Source: Candidatus Latescibacterota bacterium (GTDB lineage Bacteria; Latescibacterota; UBA2968; GCA-2709665). From it: a stretch of DNA of 64,000 nt. Location of the stretch: contig OZ241917.1 in assembly GCA_965203805.1 (NCBI GenBank), positions 4,544,001-4,608,000 on the forward strand. Reading direction: 5' to 3'. The notes beneath the pieces were generated by a model that saw only the letters and a program-made list of their open reading frames with translations, was not told the DNA's origin and searched no databases. Below, one piece after another: positions 58,683 to 64,000 of this stretch (the stretch's first letter is position 1; the number at the start of each line of letters is the position of its first letter). Made by a program: the position numbers and the translations under genes.

Positions 58683-59798
58683 CTATTCGGGCGCATCCGG
58701 GAGCAGCGCGGCTTCGGTCTCCCTGTCGAAAAAATGGACGGCGGAGAGGTCGAATGCCAGCCGGACCTCCTCGTCCACCGAAGGAACGGGTTCCGCGGCC
58801 ACCCGGGCCACGCAGGAGGCGCGCCCGACGGTCAGGTAGAGGAAGGTCTCATGTCCCATCGGTTCGACGACTTCGACTTTCGCGACCACGTCTTCGGATT
58901 CGCCGGGTCCGTGGACTGAAGACGCGTAGTGGATGTGCTCGGGACGGATACCCAGGATGACACGGCGGCCGACGCAGCCTGACAGGCTGACCCGGTGTCG
59001 ATCCGGTATCGGGAGGCGGAGGCCGTCTCCAGAAAATGCCAGGCCGTCGTCCCGAACGAGTTCACCTTCCAGGAAATTCATCGAAGGGCTGCCGATAAAA
59101 CCGGCCACGAACCGGTTTACGGGGCGCCGGTAGAGCTGTACCGGAACTCCGATCTGCTGAATTCGTGCGTCTCGCATCACCACGAGCCGGTCGCCCATGG
59201 TCATCGCTTCGACCTGGTCGTGGGTGACGTAGATCATGGTGGCCCCGAGCCGGGCGTGTAGTTTGCCGAGTTCGGTCCGCATTTGCACCCTGAGCCCTGC
59301 GTCCAGATTGGACAGGGGCTCGTCGAAGAGGAAGGCCTTGGGCTTCCGGACGATTGCCCGGCCCACGGCCACCCGCTGACGCTGGCCTCCCGACAGTTCC
59401 TTCGGCTTGCGGGCCAGCAGGTCTTCGATACCCAGGATGTCCGCCGCCTCCCGCACCCTGGCGTCGATTTCGGCTTTCGGGAATTTCCTGAGTTTCAGCC
59501 CGAAGGCCATGTTTTGGTAGACGTCCATATGAGGGTAGAGGGCGTAGTTCTGAAAGACCATCGCGATGTTCCGGTCTTTGGGCGGCAGATCGTTCGCGAG
59601 TTTGCCGTCAATGTAGACGTTTCCGCCGGTCAACTCCTCGAGGCCGGCAACCAGCCGGAGCGTGGTCGATTTTCCGCATCCCGAAGGCCCGACGAGCACC
59701 ACGAACTCCCCATCTTCGATATGGAGGCTGAAGTCCTCTACCGCGATGGTGTTCCCGTTGTATATTTTCCGGACGTCTTTCAGGGTTACCGTTGCCAT
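58683..59798 (-). CDS. sugar ABC transporter ATP-binding protein (MalK/UgpC-like)
   Basis: GPSGCGKST, LSGGQRQR, LFDEPLSNLD, C-terminal TOBE. Confidence 0.95.
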   Translation of the reverse strand: MATVTLKDVRKIYNGNTIAVEDFSLHIEDGEFVVLVGPSGCGKSTTLRLVAGLEELTGGNVYIDGKLANDLPPKDRNIAMVFQNYALYPHMDVYQNMAFGLKLRKFPKAEIDARVREAADILGIEDLLARKPKELSGGQRQRVAVGRAIVRKPKAFLFDEPLSNLDAGLRVQMRTELGKLHARLGATMIYVTHDQVEAMTMGDRLVVMRDARIQQIGVPVQLYRRPVNRFVAGFIGSPSMNFLEGELVRDDGLAFSGDGLRLPIPDRHRVSLSGCVGRRVILGIRPEHIHYASSVHGPGESEDVVAKVEVVEPMGHETFLYLTVGRASCVARVAAEPVPSVDEEVRLAFDLSAVHFFDRETEAALLPDAPE

Positions 59799-59921
59799 CC
59801 TGCCCCCGGCTCCGGGTTGAGTTGTGGTGGACCGAATAAGGTAAGTATAACCCTTCGAATTAACAAGCTTCCGGAGTACTCGCGGAGCGTTTTACCCGAC
59901 ACTTGAGACAGGGATCTACCA

Positions 59922-60095
59922 ATGTCCGGAGCACGGATCGAGACGCTGAAGGAGATGCACCTGACCACGGACCTCGGGGAGGGGGCGGAGATCGTGGCGT
60001 TGTTGAGCGCCGGTGGCGTGACAGCGCTGGCCGACGGTCCCGGCCTGCTGGCAGGCGCGGACAAAGATACGATCACCGCATTGAGCCGGGCATGA
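59922..60095 (+). pseudogene. internally deleted lyase/propeller paralogue remnant (57 aa)
   Basis: IETLKEMHLTTDLGEGAEIVA matches the start of the 62918 gene; the rest looks like a final propeller blade. Confidence 0.7.
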
Positions 60096-62845
60096 TGCGT
60101 GTCATTTCGAAATCAGGATGGGCAGGAGTCTGCACACTCGCTGCCTCAGTGGCGGTTACATGGAGTTTGAGTTTCGGGAGTGAGCGCGTGAACATCCGGG
60201 ACCTGCTGCAGAACCGGGGGATCAGCGGAGCGTTGTTGAAAGCCGAACGCACGCATCCCTACCTTTTCTTCTCGGCCGAAGACGTGCCGCGTCTGCGCGA
60301 AATGGCCGGGCGGGAACCGTACCGGACGTGCGCCGAGGGAATCGTCCGGGCCGCCAGGCTGACGCTGAAAAACCCGATTCCGAAAGAACCTCCCGCGGGA
60401 GCGGCCGACAGCCGGTTACCCGATGGCAGTTACGACGAGTCGTTTCTGAAGGCGACCTACGACTTTCTGTCCTACGCGTACGCGATGCAATACTACGGCC
60501 CGCTGTACGCGTTCGCCTACCTGCTGACGGAGGAGGAGGTTTTCGCGCAGCGCGCCAAGGCGTGGGCGCTGGCGTACGCGGGTTGGGAGAACTGGGGTCC
60601 GGCGGCCGATCCGTGGGATATGGAGGCAGCCATGATCCTGTCGGGAGCGGTGATTGTCTACGATTGGATTCCCGATCGATTTTCCCCGGCGGAACGTGAA
60701 CGTCTGCTCGCGTGGTTGCGCGAGAAAGGGCGGAAGCTGTGCGAGAAGGATGCGTACTGGCTGACGCAGGACCCGGCGGCGCGACGCGGGTCGCTCGCGA
60801 ACAACCACAGATGGCGGAGCATACCGCTCGAGGGACTGGCGGGACTGGGGCTGCTCTACGAGGTCGAGGAGGCGAGGGACTGGCTGGATATGGGGCTGGT
60901 GCTCACGCGGGATTACCTGCTGCCGGCGGCCTATGGGAGAGACGGCGAACGGATGGAAGGACGGGGCTGGCTGGGGGTCTGCCTGAGCGACGGAGGGCGG
61001 TTCATGGAGGCGCTGGTCCGAAACGGAGGTCCGGACCTGTTCGATACCGGGCCGCTGCGGCGGTTGTCGCATTTTCTGATTTTCGGGATGGAGATGTACC
61101 GGTCGCGCGGGCATTACAACGAGCGGTCGGGCCTTCTGGCGCACGCCCGAAGGCTGCGGGATCCTGCGCTTCAATGGCTGGCCCTGAAGCACGATCTGGA
61201 GCCCGATATGGAGGGTTACCCGGCGTACTGGTACAACCGGGATAAAGTTCTCTATCAGCCTGAAACCCTTTATACGGTTTCTCTGCGTTGGGATGGCGGG
61301 ACCGGCGGGATGCAGATCGAAGTGAACGGCGTCGTACGGGACCGGCAGGAGATCGAACGCGTCGAAGGGATCGACAGGATCACGCTACAGGTCGAGGGCG
61401 ACCGGGTGGAGATCGTCTCTCTTGAGGTCCTTGACGCCGCCGGAAGTGTCGTGGATCGCCTGGATGGTCCGGTCGTGCTGACGGATGAACACGGGGAGAC
61501 GGCCCTCGGGTTCGGCAGCCTTGGCGCCGGCGAGATACGGGCTTCCCTCCGCAAGGACCGGTCCGACACGGGGCAGGCAGTGATGATGCTGACGTCCGGA
61601 GGGCGGCGTGTGAGGGGCATCGCATTTACAGATGTCCACGAGATCGTCAAGTCGGTTGAGGAGATGGACGGAACGTATACACTGGGAATTGCGGCGGCGA
61701 AGGGACTCTATTTCCACGGGCCCTGGGAGTTCCTGTTCTACGACGAGAGCCTGGCGCCGGCGGCCCCGAAGAAGGATGCGACCGGGTTTCACTTCCGGGA
61801 CCTGGGACTGGTGAAGTTGCACGACACGCTGCACGCGGACGGGGTGCACGTCACGTTCACGTCCGGTCCGGAAGTGAGTAAGGAGCAGGGGGACAAGAAT
61901 GCGTTTACGCTCACCGCGTTCGGGGAGCGGCTGTTGACACGGCCGCGGACGCCGAAGACGGGGGAGGCGGTGCTGACGCAGGCGCAGTACGATCTGACGG
62001 CGTGGTACGAGGGCACACCGGGGCGAAACACCATCCTGGTGGATGGACGGGGGCAACCGACGGTTCACGAGGAAAGTCCGGTGCCGCGTGAGTACGAGTT
62101 GCAGTGGCTGGGAGGAGAAGAGGTGGCGAAGAGCGGCCGCATCGAGGAAACCTTCTTCTCCGCGGACTACGATTACGTGCGAGGAGAGGCGGCGCGCGCG
62201 TACCGTCCCCTGCTGGAGACCTACCGTCGACATCTGATGTTCCTGAAGCCGCACGGCGATCCTGACCTGCGGTACCTGTTGCTGTTCGATGAGATCGAAA
62301 CCGCCGGAGGGCGGCCCAGACAGATCGAGTGGCGGCTGCTTAGCCCGTACGGAAATGTGACAATCACCGGCGCGACTTCCAGGATCGAGGGGCGCGCGGC
62401 AGCGTTACACGTGAAGCACCTCTGGCCGGAGGCGTCGACCGTCAGGATCGATTCCACGCCCGCGCCCCGTGATGCGGACCGGCTGCCCTATCTGCGGTTT
62501 CCGACGCTGGAGCCGGTCGAACGGGTACACTACCTTCATCTGCTGCAGCCGCTGCGTTCCGCTGAGGTGGAACCGGTCTCGGCGAAGCGGGTGACGGGGC
62601 GTGGCGGGATCGGCGTCCGGATAAGCGGCCCTGACGTGACCGCTCTGGCGGTCTTCAGGACGGGAGATGAAACAGTTACCGCGGGCGGGTTGACCACGGA
62701 TGCCCAGGCCAGTCTGGTGCGATGGGGAAAGGACGGCGGCGGGTCGGTCGTCCTGCACGGCGGCACGTTTGCCGAGCTGGACGGAAGACCTATCTTCAGT
62801 TCCGACGATGCGGTGAGCGTTCTGGTCGAGTTGCCGGTTGAGTAG
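60092..62845 (+). CDS. secreted heparinase II/III / alginate-lyase-like protein
   Basis: Signal-like N-terminus, HPYLFF, ANNHRW, DGERMEG, DKNAFTL..FGE, NTILVDG. Confidence 0.75.
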   Translation: MMRVISKSGWAGVCTLAASVAVTWSLSFGSERVNIRDLLQNRGISGALLKAERTHPYLFFSAEDVPRLREMAGREPYRTCAEGIVRAARLTLKNPIPKEPPAGAADSRLPDGSYDESFLKATYDFLSYAYAMQYYGPLYAFAYLLTEEEVFAQRAKAWALAYAGWENWGPAADPWDMEAAMILSGAVIVYDWIPDRFSPAERERLLAWLREKGRKLCEKDAYWLTQDPAARRGSLANNHRWRSIPLEGLAGLGLLYEVEEARDWLDMGLVLTRDYLLPAAYGRDGERMEGRGWLGVCLSDGGRFMEALVRNGGPDLFDTGPLRRLSHFLIFGMEMYRSRGHYNERSGLLAHARRLRDPALQWLALKHDLEPDMEGYPAYWYNRDKVLYQPETLYTVSLRWDGGTGGMQIEVNGVVRDRQEIERVEGIDRITLQVEGDRVEIVSLEVLDAAGSVVDRLDGPVVLTDEHGETALGFGSLGAGEIRASLRKDRSDTGQAVMMLTSGGRRVRGIAFTDVHEIVKSVEEMDGTYTLGIAAAKGLYFHGPWEFLFYDESLAPAAPKKDATGFHFRDLGLVKLHDTLHADGVHVTFTSGPEVSKEQGDKNAFTLTAFGERLLTRPRTPKTGEAVLTQAQYDLTAWYEGTPGRNTILVDGRGQPTVHEESPVPREYELQWLGGEEVAKSGRIEETFFSADYDYVRGEAARAYRPLLETYRRHLMFLKPHGDPDLRYLLLFDEIETAGGRPRQIEWRLLSPYGNVTITGATSRIEGRAAALHVKHLWPEASTVRIDSTPAPRDADRLPYLRFPTLEPVERVHYLHLLQPLRSAEVEPVSAKRVTGRGGIGVRISGPDVTALAVFRTGDETVTAGGLTTDAQASLVRWGKDGGGSVVLHGGTFAELDGRPIFSSDDAVSVLVELPVE

Positions 62846-62917
62846 GCAATGGCGAAGATTCGCGTTGCGGGTTTTTGATTCGGATCTGGAACTGAGGTGT
62901 CCCGGAAGGGGCGTGCG

Positions 62918-64000
62918 ATGGCCGAGCGAGGGATCGACAGACTGAAGGAGATGCGCCTGACCACGGACCTGCGGGAGGGGGCGGAGATTGTGGCGCCGCC
63001 GGACCCGGACTGGGCGCCTCTCGGCAGGCGGCTTCAGGAGATGGTCCGCACGCATGCGGGTGTGGTGCTGCCTGTCGTGGATCCGTCCGCCCTGACGCCC
63101 CTGCCCGGCGGCCGGCACCGCGTCCTGTTGGGCAATGCGATGGTCAATGAATCGATCATGGCGCTGTACCGGCGGCAATACGCGTACGTGGACGAGTTCT
63201 ATCCGGGAGGGGACGGGTACGCGGTCCGGACGGTGCACAACCCCGAGAATTGCGGCCGCAACGTGCTGCTGGTCGGCGCAAGCAGCGTGGATGGCGCGGC
63301 CGCGGCGCTCGAGGTGCTGGAGGGCGTCCTGAAGGAGACCCGGGGGCGTCTGGGGTATACCAATCTGTCGCGTTCGGAGGTCCACGATGTGCTTCTGCCG
63401 GAGATGTCGCCGGATGCGTTCCGGGAGTGGGTGGCGGAGATGTACCGGGACAACCTCAGCTACTATCCGGTCGAGCAGGGGACGTTCCTGGGGCTGGTCC
63501 ACCATCTGACGAACGATCCCGGCTGCGCGCGGATGTTCCGGGACGCCCTGTTTTACTACGAGGACCTGGTGAGGAACCGCTACGGGGGGAACTGGCTGTT
63601 CGAGCATATGCTGTTCATCTATTCGTGGGCGTGGCGGCTGTTCATGGTCTGGGACCTCATCGAGGAGAGCGATGCGTTTACGGACGTGGAGCGCCTCCGC
63701 ATTACCAACGTGTTGTGGGGGCTCGCGAAGTACGTGGCCGGTACGCGCTATTTCGAGGGCGAGACGCCGCCCCCGCCTGAGATCCGGCAGAACCACTGGA
63801 CGTTCGCGGGGCTGAGCGGGTCGTTCTGCGCACGGTATTTCGAGGCGTATTACGGGGTCGGGGAGTTTGAGAAGCAGATCCGGTTCTCGCAGGCGGTTTT
63901 CGACGGTCAGGCGGACAGCTACAAGCCGAACGACGACGCGGGCGGCGGTTGGTGGGGCTACTGCTGGCTGGCGCCGTACCACCAGGTGATCTACGACTTG
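62918..64000 (+). CDS. further lyase-fold paralogue, runs off the window
   Basis: Not in the ORF track (no stop in window); VLLGN, YPGGDGYAVRTVHNP, RQNHW shared with the 34-48 kb family. Confidence 0.8.
   Translation, partial: MAERGIDRLKEMRLTTDLREGAEIVAPPDPDWAPLGRRLQEMVRTHAGVVLPVVDPSALTPLPGGRHRVLLGNAMVNESIMALYRRQYAYVDEFYPGGDGYAVRTVHNPENCGRNVLLVGASSVDGAAAALEVLEGVLKETRGRLGYTNLSRSEVHDVLLPEMSPDAFREWVAEMYRDNLSYYPVEQGTFLGLVHHLTNDPGCARMFRDALFYYEDLVRNRYGGNWLFEHMLFIYSWAWRLFMVWDLIEESDAFTDVERLRITNVLWGLAKYVAGTRYFEGETPPPPEIRQNHWTFAGLSGSFCARYFEAYYGVGEFEKQIRFSQAVFDGQADSYKPNDDAGGGWWGYCWLAPYHQVIYDL

Noticed and set aside
58683-59798. Inverted ABC ATPase as an invertible switch
   Set aside because: No flanking inverted repeats or recombinase seen; separately transcribed sugar ATPases are common
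1-64000. rRNA/tRNA genes
   Set aside because: None recognised by eye; a tRNAscan/Infernal run was not possible

Overview
Bacterial window with two compartments. About 1-34.2 kb is a lower-GC defence island with almost all genes on +. Its backbone is a DUF1156 adenine methyltransferase, a HEPN/Swt1-DUF499 ATPase and a SNF2 helicase. Cargo includes three ABC-type ATPase+partner pairs, a PHP-ATPase, AlbA_2, DUF488, MNT-HEPN, PIN and PemK modules, a sacsin-like HATPase-HNH, two IS630 elements and REP/REPIN repeats. About 34.4-64 kb is a high-GC glycan-utilisation-like locus: four tandem ~1100-aa lyase-fold/beta-propeller paralogues, a PhyH-family enzyme, a beta-helix protein, two DUF6785-type membrane proteins, a sugar ABC transporter and further heparinase II/III-like genes. 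This gene content suggests a Latescibacteria/Poribacteria-like organism (inference only). Best signals: (1) a REP-flanked RAYT (HUH) transposase domain sits in frame inside the methyltransferase; (2) both IS630 transposases are broken by the same 19-20 bp palindrome; (3) paired REPINs bracket a 9 kb defence block; (4) duplicated gene-end scars follow cargo cassettes; (5) the PhyH enzyme has a halogenase-type HxG motif. All family calls come from motif recognition by eye, not database searches.
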